63,879 nucleotides of DNA, filler included, from an uncultured bacterium (GCA_964372275.1; 4 parts of 4 records of this genome joined end to end with filler, not necessarily neighbours in it); one strand, 5' to 3'; counted from the first letter of the whole stretch, positions 19,742-28,844 are shown. A program made the numbers and translations. The notes: generated by a model not told the origin, from the letters alone.

Positions 19742-21274
19742 TTGGGCGCGATCGACCCGACGCAAGGCGTCCCGCCGGTGCTGTTGCGGCGGGTCCAGAA
19801 GCTGGGGGCGCTCCTCGACGTCGCGAAGGCGATGTCGGCCCAGCGGGACCTTTTCAGCCTCATCAACCTGATCGTCCAGGAGTCGGTGGTGGTGGTCGAA
19901 GCCGACCGCGCCACGGTGTGGGTGGTCGACCGCGACCGCGAAGAGCTTTTCACCTACGCCGCCAAGGGGTTGGGCGAACGGACGGAGCTTCGCATCCCGA
20001 TGAACGCGGGGATCGCCGGGGCGGTCGTCGCGTCGGGACGGGCACTGAAGGTGCCGGACGCCTACGCCGACCCGCGCTTCAACCGCGACTCCGACCAGAA
20101 GACCGGCTACCGCACCCGCAACATCCTCGCCGTCCCGATGTGGTCGGTCGACAGCCAAGTCCTGGGCGTGCTGCAGGTGCTGAACAAGCGCGAGGAGATC
20201 GACGGCGGCCGTTTCACCGACGAGGACCAGGAGCTGCTCGGCGCCTTCGGCGGGCAGGCGGCCTCGGCGCTTCAGAGCGCGCTGCTCAACAAGGAGATCC
20301 AGGAGCTGTTCGAAGGGTTCATCAAGGCCTCGGTGTACGCGATTGAAGCGCGGGACCCGACCACCTCCGGTCATTCCGAGCGTGTCGCCGCGCTGACCAA
20401 CGGCCTGGCGGTCACGTTGGAGCGCGGCGGAAACGGCCGCTGGAAGGGGACGCGTTTCACCCAGGACGAGCTGCGCGAGCTGCGCTTCGCCTCGTTGCTG
20501 CACGACTTCGGCAAGGTCGGCGTGCGCGAGGAGGTGCTGGTCAAGGCCAACAAGCTCTACCCGCACGAGGCGGAGATCCTGAAGGTGCGGTTCCAGTTCG
20601 TACGGCAGGCGCTGGAGGTCGACAGCCTGCGCCGGCGGATGACGCTGATGGCGGCGGCCGGCGAGGCGGCGGTGAAGGAACGCATCGCGGAGGAGGCCGA
20701 GGCGTTCGCGCGGGCGATGAAGGAGGTCGACGAGCTGGAGGAGTTCGTCTGGAAGTGCAATCGGCCGACGATCCTGGAGCAGGGCGGATTCGAGCGCCTG
20801 CAGGAGATCCGCAAGCGGACCTTCCGCGGTCCCAAGGGGCAGGAGTTCAACTTTCTCACCGACCAGGAGGTGGTGCAGCTCTCGGTGCCGCGTGGGAGCT
20901 TGACCCAGGCGGAGCGGCTGGAGATCGAGAGCCACGTCTCCAAGACCTACCGTTTCCTCTCCCAGATCCCGTGGAGCCGCACGTTGCGACTCGTTCCGGA
21001 GATCGCCTACGGCCACCACGAGAAGCTCGACGGCCGCGGCTACCCGCGGGGCCTGGGGGCCGACAGCCTTTCGGTGCAGACGCGGATGATGACGATCAGC
21101 GACATCTACGACGCGCTCACCGCCAGCGACCGCCCCTACAAGAAGGCCGTCCCCCACAAGGTGGCGCTCGACATCCTCGGCGACGAGGCCAAGCGCGGCT
21201 TCCTCGATTCGGAGTTGTTACAGACCTTCATCGAAGCCGACGTGCCGAAGTTCCTCGACAAGCACCCGGAGTGA
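19742..21274 (+). CDS. GAF + HD-GYP cyclic dinucleotide phosphodiesterase
   Basis: GAF (GIAG.V...DAYADPRFN..D.KTGYRTRNILAVP); ARDPTTSGHSERV; LLHDFGKVG; HHEKLDGRGYP; start approximate. Confidence 0.9.
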   Translation: MGAIDPTQGVPPVLLRRVQKLGALLDVAKAMSAQRDLFSLINLIVQESVVVVEADRATVWVVDRDREELFTYAAKGLGERTELRIPMNAGIAGAVVASGRALKVPDAYADPRFNRDSDQKTGYRTRNILAVPMWSVDSQVLGVLQVLNKREEIDGGRFTDEDQELLGAFGGQAASALQSALLNKEIQELFEGFIKASVYAIEARDPTTSGHSERVAALTNGLAVTLERGGNGRWKGTRFTQDELRELRFASLLHDFGKVGVREEVLVKANKLYPHEAEILKVRFQFVRQALEVDSLRRRMTLMAAAGEAAVKERIAEEAEAFARAMKEVDELEEFVWKCNRPTILEQGGFERLQEIRKRTFRGPKGQEFNFLTDQEVVQLSVPRGSLTQAERLEIESHVSKTYRFLSQIPWSRTLRLVPEIAYGHHEKLDGRGYPRGLGADSLSVQTRMMTISDIYDALTASDRPYKKAVPHKVALDILGDEAKRGFLDSELLQTFIEADVPKFLDKHPE

Positions 21275-21279
21275 GGGCC

Positions 21280-21666
21280 ATGGCGACGACCGAGCGTCGA
21301 TCGAAGGCCGAGATTCTGTCCGAGATCGAAGCGCAGCTGGCGAGGGACGACTTGCCGGGCGACTTCCGCGCCGCCCTCGAGGCGCACCGGGCGACGATCG
21401 ACGCGATCCCCGGCGACGCGGTGGAGATCGTTCATGGCGATCTCGAGCCGCTGGAGCCCGAGCTGCGTCCGGCCGTCACGGCGCCGGAACTGCTTGCGCG
21501 CGCCGACGAGCTGCTGCGTTCCGGCGCGCTGAGTCCGGAGGAAGAGGTCGGTGTGCGCGCCTGGCGGGCGCAGGTCGAGAGGATGGGTGACGCGGGTCTC
21601 GATCCCCGCAACGGGCGCGTCGAATACATGCAGGTCGCCGTTTCTTTCGGCGCGCCCCGCAAGTAG
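21280..21666 (+). CDS. Hypothetical protein
   Basis: ATG 6 nt after the HD-GYP stop, helical acidic composition. Confidence 0.6.
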   Translation: MATTERRSKAEILSEIEAQLARDDLPGDFRAALEAHRATIDAIPGDAVEIVHGDLEPLEPELRPAVTAPELLARADELLRSGALSPEEEVGVRAWRAQVERMGDAGLDPRNGRVEYMQVAVSFGAPRK

Positions 21667-21762
21667 CGCCCCCTCGAGCGGAGGCGGTGCTGCAGGCGGC
21701 GAAGCGCGAGCTGCGAGCCCTCTACGGGCGATCCCGTCAGTCGTGCTAGAAGCGGCGGCAGG

Positions 21763-22791
21763 ATGCTGGCGGCGGTTACCGGAGGGACGGGGTTCGTCGG
21801 GACCTATCTCGTCAAGCGCCTGGTCGCGCGGGGCGACCGGGTGCGGCTGCTCGCCCGCGCGACCTCCGACCTCTCGGTCTTCGACGGGCTCCCGGTAGAC
21901 GTCGTCTGCGGCGATCTGCACGACGCCGCGGCGCTGAGGCGCCTGTGCGCGGGGGCGGACGGCCTGTTCCACCTCGCCGCCGATCTTTCGTTCTGGCGCG
22001 GCGCGCGCGAGATCCAGGAGCGGGTCAACGTCGCGGGCACGCGAAACGTGATGACCGCGGCGAAGGCCGGCGGGGTCGGCCGCGTCGTCTACACCTCGAG
22101 CGTCGCGGCGATCGGGATCCCCGCCCGGCCCGGCGTTCCGGCGGACGAGGAGAACCCCTTCCGCGGGGAGTCCTACACCTATCTCCGGACGAAGCGGATC
22201 GCCGAGCGGGTCGCGCTCGACGCCTGCGACTCGCACGGGCTCGACGTCGTCGCGGTCAACCCGGCGGTCGTCTACGGCGGCGCCGCCTCGGCGACGCGGG
22301 CGTCGGGTTCGCAGCGGATCGTCGGCCTGATCGACGAGGGGGTGCGCCTCTTTGGCCGGGTCGGCCCGCGCGTCTACCCGCCCGGGGGCTACTGCGTCTG
22401 CGATATCGACGCGGTGGTCGATGCCCACATCGCCGCCTACGAGCGCGGCCGGCGCGGGCACCGCTACATCCTCGGCGGGCACAACGTGACGCTGCGGGAG
22501 ATCTTCGAAGCCGTTTCGCGCACGCTCGGCGTCCCCGTTCCGACGATCCAGGTGCCGGTGCCAATGCTGCTGGCGCTGGGCGCCGTCTCCGAGCTTCGCG
22601 CCGCGTTCACCGGGACGATGCCGAAGGTGACCTGGGACTACGCCGTGCTGGGCACGATGTTGATGTGGTACGACTCGTCGAAAGCGGCGTCCGAGCTCGG
22701 CTACGAACCGCCGCCGTTCGAGGCCTCGATCGGCAAGGCGGTGGCCGAGTACCGCGCGGCCATACGGCGCGCGCAGGCGAGGGCGGCGTGA
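21763..22791 (+). CDS. NAD-dependent epimerase/dehydratase (dihydroflavonol reductase/HpnA-like SDR)
   Basis: VTGGTGFVG; FHLAA; NVAGTRNV; YTSS; YLRTK; VNPAVVYG. Confidence 0.9.
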   Translation: MLAAVTGGTGFVGTYLVKRLVARGDRVRLLARATSDLSVFDGLPVDVVCGDLHDAAALRRLCAGADGLFHLAADLSFWRGAREIQERVNVAGTRNVMTAAKAGGVGRVVYTSSVAAIGIPARPGVPADEENPFRGESYTYLRTKRIAERVALDACDSHGLDVVAVNPAVVYGGAASATRASGSQRIVGLIDEGVRLFGRVGPRVYPPGGYCVCDIDAVVDAHIAAYERGRRGHRYILGGHNVTLREIFEAVSRTLGVPVPTIQVPVPMLLALGAVSELRAAFTGTMPKVTWDYAVLGTMLMWYDSSKAASELGYEPPPFEASIGKAVAEYRAAIRRAQARAA

Positions 22792-23099
22792 GGGAGACCG
22801 ACTCCCCCGGCGGCGAGAAGCGGGTCCAGAAGATCCTGGTGAAGATCGCCGGCTACACCCGCGAGGTGACCGACGACGCCGCGCTCGCCCGGCTCGCCGT
22901 GAAGGGGGAGCTGATGCCCTACGATCCGGTCTGGCACCCGCGGATGGCGCGATGGGCGCACGCCCAGGAGTTGGAGGAGCTGGTTCCGTGGTTCGTGAAG
23001 GCGCGCGAGGATCTCGAGCGGAGGCTCGCGGAGGAGGCGGAGCGGCGCGCCCGGCGTGGTCCGCTCGGGCGACTGATCGACCGCCTGCGCGGGAGGTGA
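22788..23099 (+). CDS. Small hypothetical protein, GYF_2/DUF4339-like
   Basis: GTGA overlap; LARLAVKGELMPYDPVWHPRMARWAHAQELEEL pattern. Confidence 0.6.
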   Translation: MRETDSPGGEKRVQKILVKIAGYTREVTDDAALARLAVKGELMPYDPVWHPRMARWAHAQELEELVPWFVKAREDLERRLAEEAERRARRGPLGRLIDRLRGR

Positions 23100-23104
23100 C
23101 GGCG

Positions 23105-24487
23105 ATGCCCGCGGACGCCACCACGGCCACGCGCGCGCAGCCGGCGACGGAGGCGGAGGTCGTCCGCGTCCTCCGCGACCTGATCCGCTTCGACACCTCC
23201 AACCCTCCCGGGAACGAGCGTCCGGCGGCCGACTACCTGGCCGACCTCTTTCGCCGCGAGGGGATCGAGGCGGCGGTCCTGGAGTCGGCGCCGGGACGCG
23301 GGAACGTCGTCGCGCGCGTGCATGGCGACGGCTCCGCCGCGCCGCTTCTGCTGTCGGCGCACCTCGACGTCGTGCCCGCCACCGAACCGTCGTGGCGCTT
23401 TTCCCCGTTCGCCGCGGAGCTGGCCGACGGCTACGTGTGGGGGCGCGGCGCGGTCGACATGAAGCAGATGGCGGCGATGAGCGCGCTCACCCTCGTCGAG
23501 CTGAAGCGCCGCGGCGCGCGCCTCAGGCGGGACGTGATCTTCGCCGGCGTCGCGGACGAGGAGGCCGGGGGGCGATTCGGCGCCCGGTTCCTCGTCGAAC
23601 GCCACCTCGATCGGGTGAAGGCGGAGTTCTGTCTCACCGAGCTCGGCGGGATGGCGATCCCGATGGCGAAGGGGACGATCGTCCCGATCCAGATCGCGGA
23701 GAAGGGGTTCGAGTGGTTCAAGATCCGCGCGACCGGACCGCCGGGTCACGGGAGCATGCCGCGTGCGCGGCCGGCAGGATTCCGGGGCCGGTGGCGGCCG
23801 GTCACCGCGGTCGACAAGCTGGCGCGGGCCGTCGGGCGGCTATCGCGCCGGCCGCTCGGCTATCACCTGGCGCCGGCGGCCCGGGAGTTTTTCCGCGCCG
23901 TCGCCGAGGCGCAAGCGCAGCCGGCGGCGACGCTGCTGCTCGGGCTGTTGTCGCCGTCGACCGTCCACGCCACGCTGCGCCTCGTCCCGGAGGATCGCCG
24001 GCACGCCTTCCGCGCGATGCTGTTCAACACCGCGGCCACCACCGTCCTCTCCGCCGGCTCGAAGGTGAACGTCGTCCCCGGCGAGGCGGAGGCCTGGATC
24101 GACGGACGCTACCTTCCGGGCGTCTCGCGCGACGAGTTCCTGGACGAGGTGCGCGCCGTGATCGGGCCCGACCTCGAGATCGAGCCGGTCGACGGCGGTC
24201 CGCCGCTGGAGATGCCGTTCGACAGCGGCGTCATCGACGCCATCCGCCGCGTCTTCGCGCGTCGCCTCCCGGAGGCGAAGATCGTCCCCTACCTGATGCC
24301 GGGCCTGACCGACGCCAAGCACTACGCCCACGCGGGAATCCCCACCTACGGCTTCGCCCCGGTCGCGCTCAAGAAGGACGAGCCGTTCGCCGACCTCTAC
24401 CACGCGCCGAACGAGAGGATCTCGGTGGAGGGGCTGCTCACGGGGTTCGAGTGGCTGAAGGAGGTCGTTCTGGAGCTGGCGGCGTAG
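23105..24487 (+). CDS. M20/M25/M40 family metallohydrolase
   Basis: LIRFDTSNPPGNE; LLLSAHLDVVPA; WGRGAVDMK; ADEEAGG; GHGS; HAPNERI. Confidence 0.92.
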   Translation: MPADATTATRAQPATEAEVVRVLRDLIRFDTSNPPGNERPAADYLADLFRREGIEAAVLESAPGRGNVVARVHGDGSAAPLLLSAHLDVVPATEPSWRFSPFAAELADGYVWGRGAVDMKQMAAMSALTLVELKRRGARLRRDVIFAGVADEEAGGRFGARFLVERHLDRVKAEFCLTELGGMAIPMAKGTIVPIQIAEKGFEWFKIRATGPPGHGSMPRARPAGFRGRWRPVTAVDKLARAVGRLSRRPLGYHLAPAAREFFRAVAEAQAQPAATLLLGLLSPSTVHATLRLVPEDRRHAFRAMLFNTAATTVLSAGSKVNVVPGEAEAWIDGRYLPGVSRDEFLDEVRAVIGPDLEIEPVDGGPPLEMPFDSGVIDAIRRVFARRLPEAKIVPYLMPGLTDAKHYAHAGIPTYGFAPVALKKDEPFADLYHAPNERISVEGLLTGFEWLKEVVLELAA

Positions 24488-24503
24488 GAGAAGAGAAAAA
24501 TTG

Positions 24504-24587
24504 GAAAATAGAAAATTGAAAATGGAAAACCGGCCAATGACCGCCCCGCAGTTCGCCGGTTAGCCGGATTTCCATTTTCAATTTTCT
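24504..24587. repeat. AT-rich inverted repeat built from GAAAAYN heptamers (copy 1); probable bidirectional terminator or REP-like element
   Basis: Arms 24510-24534 and 24563-24587 pair over 25 bp with one mismatch; lies between convergent genes and contains the GNAT stop codon. Confidence 0.85.
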
Positions 24588-25105
24588 TCCGGAGCCGACC
24601 GCATTCGCTTCACGTACCCCTCCAGCTCCACCGTCGGAAGCGCGAAATCCCCCTCCGGCGCCCGCGCGTACCCCCGCCGTTGGTAGAGCCTCGCCACGCC
24701 GTCGACGCCGCGCCGCACGTGGAGGCAGATGGCGTCGACGCCCCACTCGCGGGCGATCCGTTCCGTTTCGTCCAGGAGCGGCCCCGACAGTCCTCGACCG
24801 TGCATCCGCGGATCGACGGCGAGGTGTCGCAGGTCGGCGGAGTTCGGGAGCCACGCCTCCGATCCCGGCGCGCCCGGTGGGTAGAGCGCGACCGTTCCGA
24901 CGACGCGCCCGTCGAGCTCGGCGACGAGCACCGTCGCCATCGACCGTTTCGCGGCGACGTCGCGCAGATCGCGCTTTCGCTCCTCGCCCACCACCACGTC
25001 CGGCCGCTTGGCGGCGTACGTCGTCACGTAGGCGTCGACCAGCAGATCGCCCACGGCGCCGTCGTCCTCGGGTCTCGCTTCGCGGACGGTAATCGGGTTC
25101 TTCAC
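24578..25105 (-). CDS. GNAT family N-acetyltransferase
   Basis: VREARPED; LVAELDGRVVGTV; LAVDPRMHGRGLSG; RLYQRRGY. Confidence 0.9.
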   Translation of the reverse strand: MKNPITVREARPEDDGAVGDLLVDAYVTTYAAKRPDVVVGEERKRDLRDVAAKRSMATVLVAELDGRVVGTVALYPPGAPGSEAWLPNSADLRHLAVDPRMHGRGLSGPLLDETERIAREWGVDAICLHVRRGVDGVARLYQRRGYARAPEGDFALPTVELEGYVKRMRSAPEEN

Positions 25106-25121
25106 TCGGCGCCGGTTACCG

Positions 25122-25643
25122 TCAGGCGGTCAGATGGCGCCGTAGCCTTCGCAAATACCACCACACCGCGGCGATCGAAAGCGCCGCCACCGCCGCGCCG
25201 GCGTTGAGCGTCGCGGCGGCGGACGACTGGGGGAGGAGCGCCGCCTGGCCCGCGCGGTACTCCTCGGTCGTTCCCATGTGGACGTAGCGGTCGAAAGTCA
25301 TTCCGATGATCGCGATCTGCGCCGCGGTCGCCAGCGCGAAGGCGACGACAACCGGACGCTGCCCTTTCCGCGAGAGCCACGCGCCGAGCAGGTAGGCCGC
25401 GCCGAACGGGATCCAGTAGAGGACGAGGAGCAGATACCAGGCCATCCACCCCGGCAGATCGCGGTGGTCGACGTAGTACATCCACATCCAGTCCGGGCCC
25501 ACGAGGTAGCCGAGCACCGGGAGTCCGATCCCCACGACCGTCTGCACCAGGAGCGCGCACGCCGTCACGCGCTTGCCGTAGGGGCTGGCCAGGTCATGCC
25601 CTCGCAGGAAGAGGGCCATGCCGAAGCCGATCATCAAGAGCAT
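25122..25643 (-). CDS. Hypothetical membrane protein
   Basis: Five hydrophobic segments, PDWMWMYYVD motif. Confidence 0.7.
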   Translation of the reverse strand: MLLMIGFGMALFLRGHDLASPYGKRVTACALLVQTVVGIGLPVLGYLVGPDWMWMYYVDHRDLPGWMAWYLLLVLYWIPFGAAYLLGAWLSRKGQRPVVVAFALATAAQIAIIGMTFDRYVHMGTTEEYRAGQAALLPQSSAAATLNAGAAVAALSIAAVWWYLRRLRRHLTA

Positions 25644-25744
25644 CGGCGCGTCGATGACGAAGGTGAGTGCCGTTCCTCCTGCCGTGGACGACCGGCTTCT
25701 ACGAGACGGCCCGACTCTATCGCGTCGCCGATCGTCGAATCAAT

Positions 25745-25761
25745 CTGGCACGGCTGGCGCG
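25745..25761 (+). promoter_or_regulatory. Possible sigma54 promoter (weak -12)
   Basis: CTGGCACGGCTGGCGCG, GG-N10-GC spacing, 34 nt before the lipase ATG. Confidence 0.4.
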
Positions 25762-25794
25762 CCCGGCCCGGGCGTGGTATCGACGTGGGTGTCA

Positions 25795-26721
25795 ATGGGG
25801 AGAGGGGCCGGGATCGTCCTGGCGTCGCTCGCGGCGCTCGGATGCGGGAACGAGGCCGGAACGGTGGCGGTCGGGACGCCGTCCCCGCCGGCGCGCGCCG
25901 TTCCGCCGTCGTTCGTGGTTCCGGATCGGCCGGTCGCGCCGCCGCTGGTGCTGATGCACGGCATGGCCGGCTTCGACCAGTTGGGCGCACTCGACTACTT
26001 CTACGGAGTTCCGGAGGCGCTGGCCGAAGACGGCTTCGACGTCTTCGTCGCCGACGTCGACCCGATCCAGTCGATCGACGTGCGCGCACAGCAAGCGGCG
26101 GCGACGATCGACCAGGCATTGGCGGAGAGCGACGCGCCGAAGGTCCACCTCATCGCCCACAGCCAGGGCGGGCTCGATGCCCGCCACCTGATCTCGGCGC
26201 ACGGATACGGCGACCGTGTCGCGTCGCTCACCACCGTTTCGACGCCGCATCGGGGAACCCGCATCGCCGATCTCGCGCTGGGACTCGCGCCGGACGCGGC
26301 GCTTTCCGCCGCGGACGCACTGGCGGCGCTGGCCCTGGCCGGGGTCTCGGCCGAGGAGGCCGACCTGTCGGGACAGCTCGAAGACCTCAGCACCGCCCAT
26401 GCCATGTCGTTCAATACTGCCCACCCCGACGACCCGCACGTCGCCTACTACTCGGCCGCCGGACGGACCTGGCTTCTCCCCGACGACGAGACGCAGGATC
26501 AGGTCGATCCCGCGCTCGCCGCGTCGTACTTGATCGAGCTTGCGCTCGAGGGCCCGAACGACGGCCTGGTGGCGGTGGAAAGCGCCGCGTGGGGAACGTT
26601 CCTGGGCGAGCTTCCCGCCGACCACGCCGACGAGGTCGGCTGGTGGCCCGGCACGCCACAGCCCGCGTTCGATCATATCGCCTGGTACCGGGCATTGGCG
26701 GCGTTCTTGACGGCGGATTGA
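25795..26721 (+). CDS. Triacylglycerol lipase-like alpha/beta hydrolase, lipoprotein
   Basis: Lipobox ALGC; PLVLMHGMAG; nucleophile AHSQG; STPHRGT; NDGLV; DHADEVG. Confidence 0.9.
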   Translation: MGRGAGIVLASLAALGCGNEAGTVAVGTPSPPARAVPPSFVVPDRPVAPPLVLMHGMAGFDQLGALDYFYGVPEALAEDGFDVFVADVDPIQSIDVRAQQAAATIDQALAESDAPKVHLIAHSQGGLDARHLISAHGYGDRVASLTTVSTPHRGTRIADLALGLAPDAALSAADALAALALAGVSAEEADLSGQLEDLSTAHAMSFNTAHPDDPHVAYYSAAGRTWLLPDDETQDQVDPALAASYLIELALEGPNDGLVAVESAAWGTFLGELPADHADEVGWWPGTPQPAFDHIAWYRALAAFLTAD

Positions 26722-26772
26722 CGCATCGCATCGGGTGCGGGCGCGTAGAATCTCTGGCAAGGGGGAGACGGC

Positions 26773-27771
26773 GTGAGAGGGCTCGCTCGGCGGACTCCGG
26801 CGGCCGTTCTGGCCGTCCTGCTGATCCAACTCGCGATCGGGCCGGACGCGCGGGCCGTCGGCGAGTCGCCGGCCGGATGCGCGACCTCGAACGAGCCGAA
26901 CCTCGAACGGGCCTTCGGCTCCATTGCGGAGGCGCGTGCGAGAGTCGACGGCAGCGCCGCATCGACACCGCGGCGGAGTCCGGTTCCGGCTTCGTACTAT
27001 CGCGCCGCAGAGGGCTTCGTCTGGGGATTCGCCAAAGGGGTGGTGATCGGGACGGCCAGCGGGCTCGTGATCGCCGCCGTGGCGGCGACGGCGCCGGTCT
27101 GGGTGACCACCGGGATCGCGGTCGTCGGCGCGGGCCTCGCGGTCTACGGGATCTACGATATCGCCACCCGGTGGAGCGGGATGGACGCCTACCAGCGCGG
27201 AAACCTGGTCGGCGAGCTGACCGGCGGAATCGTGGGCGGGGCGATCGGGAAGGCTGTCTATCCGACCGTCGCCGGGACGATGCGATCGTTTGCCGACAGT
27301 CGTGCCACGGCACGGCTTCAATCGGTGGCGCAGCAGATCAATCCCCTCGGTAGCAAGGAGAACTGCGTGGTCTGCAGCATCTCGCTCGACCATTCGCTGG
27401 CGGGTCGACCGGCCGTGGCGCTCGACGTTCGCGTCCCACGTGGAGCGGCCCTCACCGTACTGGCCGAGACCTATCGCGATCCGTCGATGAACGAGCTCAC
27501 GGTCTGGGCGGACCGCGCGGAGTTCGTCGAAAAGATCCGGCTTGCCGGCGCCCGTCGGGGGATCGTCATTGCCGGCCTCGTCGATCGGAACGCGCTGGCG
27601 AAGGGGACCTTCCAGTTCTCCCGCGGTCACGCGTTCAACGCGGTGGTGGAAGGGACGCGCGTCTTCCTCGTGGACGGACAGTCGGGCCAGGCGTTCACGG
27701 AGCTCCAATTCATTCGAGGAGAGACGCCTCTCCAGTTCGACATGTACGGTTTCCTCCCGACCGCGAAGTAG
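26773..27771 (+). CDS. Exported protein with hydrophobic hairpin and C-terminal papain-fold toxin (Tox-PL, glutamine deamidase-like) domain
   Basis: Signal peptide ending ARA|V; Gly-rich hydrophobic helices; INPLGSKENCVVC...RGIV...GHAFNAV...FLVDGQSG fits the NC/H/DxQ triad pattern. Confidence 0.75.
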   Translation: MRGLARRTPAAVLAVLLIQLAIGPDARAVGESPAGCATSNEPNLERAFGSIAEARARVDGSAASTPRRSPVPASYYRAAEGFVWGFAKGVVIGTASGLVIAAVAATAPVWVTTGIAVVGAGLAVYGIYDIATRWSGMDAYQRGNLVGELTGGIVGGAIGKAVYPTVAGTMRSFADSRATARLQSVAQQINPLGSKENCVVCSISLDHSLAGRPAVALDVRVPRGAALTVLAETYRDPSMNELTVWADRAEFVEKIRLAGARRGIVIAGLVDRNALAKGTFQFSRGHAFNAVVEGTRVFLVDGQSGQAFTELQFIRGETPLQFDMYGFLPTAK

Positions 27772-27782
27772 GAAACGCAGGC

Positions 27783-28478
27783 CTACATCCGCCAGATCGT
27801 CCCGCGGACCCAGTCCCACAGCGGAACGGTCACGTTGAAGTTCCAGCGCTGCATCAGCCGCGGGTCGTGGTGGCGGGCGTGGTGCGCGCGCAGCTTGGCG
27901 ATCAGCGGTCGCCGGCCGATCCAGGTCTCGGGCCCGAGGTGGTAGGAGAGGTGCAGCCACTCGTAGGAGACGACGAAGCCGGTGCAAGTGGCGAGGTAGA
28001 GCGCACCGACGTTCGGCGTGATCCAGCGCCCGATCAGCAAGGCGGGCGGAACCGTGACCAGGAAGATCAGCACGCACGCGAACGCCGGCAGCAGCACCAG
28101 CCGGAACTCGTTCGGGTGGCGCATCGCCATGTCGTCGGTCACGTAGCAGGCGTGGTGCTTCGGCGTGTGCTGGTCGTAGAGGGGCTTCGCGAGAGGGTGC
28201 CGCTTGTGGAGGAGATCGCGGTGGACACGCCACTCGGTGGCGTTCGCGGCCAGGTAGGTGACGGGAACGGCCAGCAGCTCCCAGGCGCGGACGTCCTCGA
28301 CGAAGGTGAGGGTGACGGCGACCGCCACCAGCCCGAACAGCGACGGCACGGCGAGATGCACGGCCGGGCGGTACCACCGCGGCGTCTCGTCGACGAGCCG
28401 TTGGCGCAGCGCCGCGCGACGTTCCGCCGAATGAGCCTCGGCGAGCTCGGCGTCGTTCACGGGGACCGATGACGGCAC
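27783..28478 (-). CDS. Fatty acid hydroxylase/sterol desaturase family protein
   Basis: His boxes EWRVHRDLLH, HTPKHH, YEWLHLSYH, HHARHH; NFNVT. Confidence 0.9.
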   Translation of the reverse strand: MPSSVPVNDAELAEAHSAERRAALRQRLVDETPRWYRPAVHLAVPSLFGLVAVAVTLTFVEDVRAWELLAVPVTYLAANATEWRVHRDLLHKRHPLAKPLYDQHTPKHHACYVTDDMAMRHPNEFRLVLLPAFACVLIFLVTVPPALLIGRWITPNVGALYLATCTGFVVSYEWLHLSYHLGPETWIGRRPLIAKLRAHHARHHDPRLMQRWNFNVTVPLWDWVRGTIWRM

Positions 28479-28844
28479 CGTCCGATCCTATATCCGGCGC
28501 GTGGGTTCCATGCTTCCCAATCGACTCCGCCCGCCGGACGGCGACGCGAGCGGCGATCGCCTCGCCGACCGTTCTGTTCCGCGATGTTCGCCGACGAAGC
28601 GGCTCGTGGGGCGCGACCTGGAGATCGCGGCACCGGCCGTGCACTTCTCCCGGATCGACTCGTAACCGGGGGTACTCGAGATGGCGATGGTGGCGCAGAA
28701 GCTCAACGATTCGGCGATGCGAAAGGTCGTATCCACGGCTCCTTCGCAATCCACTCCGACGCAAAATTACCGGAAGGCAGCGCTCACCGTGACGAAGGGC
28801 TATGCGGGCGCCGATTCGTTGTGGCAGGATGCGCAACTGAATAC

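Noticed and set aside
25644-25680. Possible ACG start extending the membrane protein (TALTFVIDAP-M) next to AGGAGG
   Set aside because: The SD-like sequence is only 1 nt from the ACG, too close for initiation; cannot be supported.
25792-28836. Very long alternative-frame ORFs (e.g. 25792-28836 -, 37015-40005 +, 37205-39934 -, 2447-4456 -)
   Set aside because: Arg/Pro/Gly-rich shadow ORFs expected in high-GC DNA, overlapping genes with clear family motifs.
28821-28837. Sigma54-like TGGCAGG upstream of the GH pair
   Set aside because: The GC of the -12 element is not at the required spacing.
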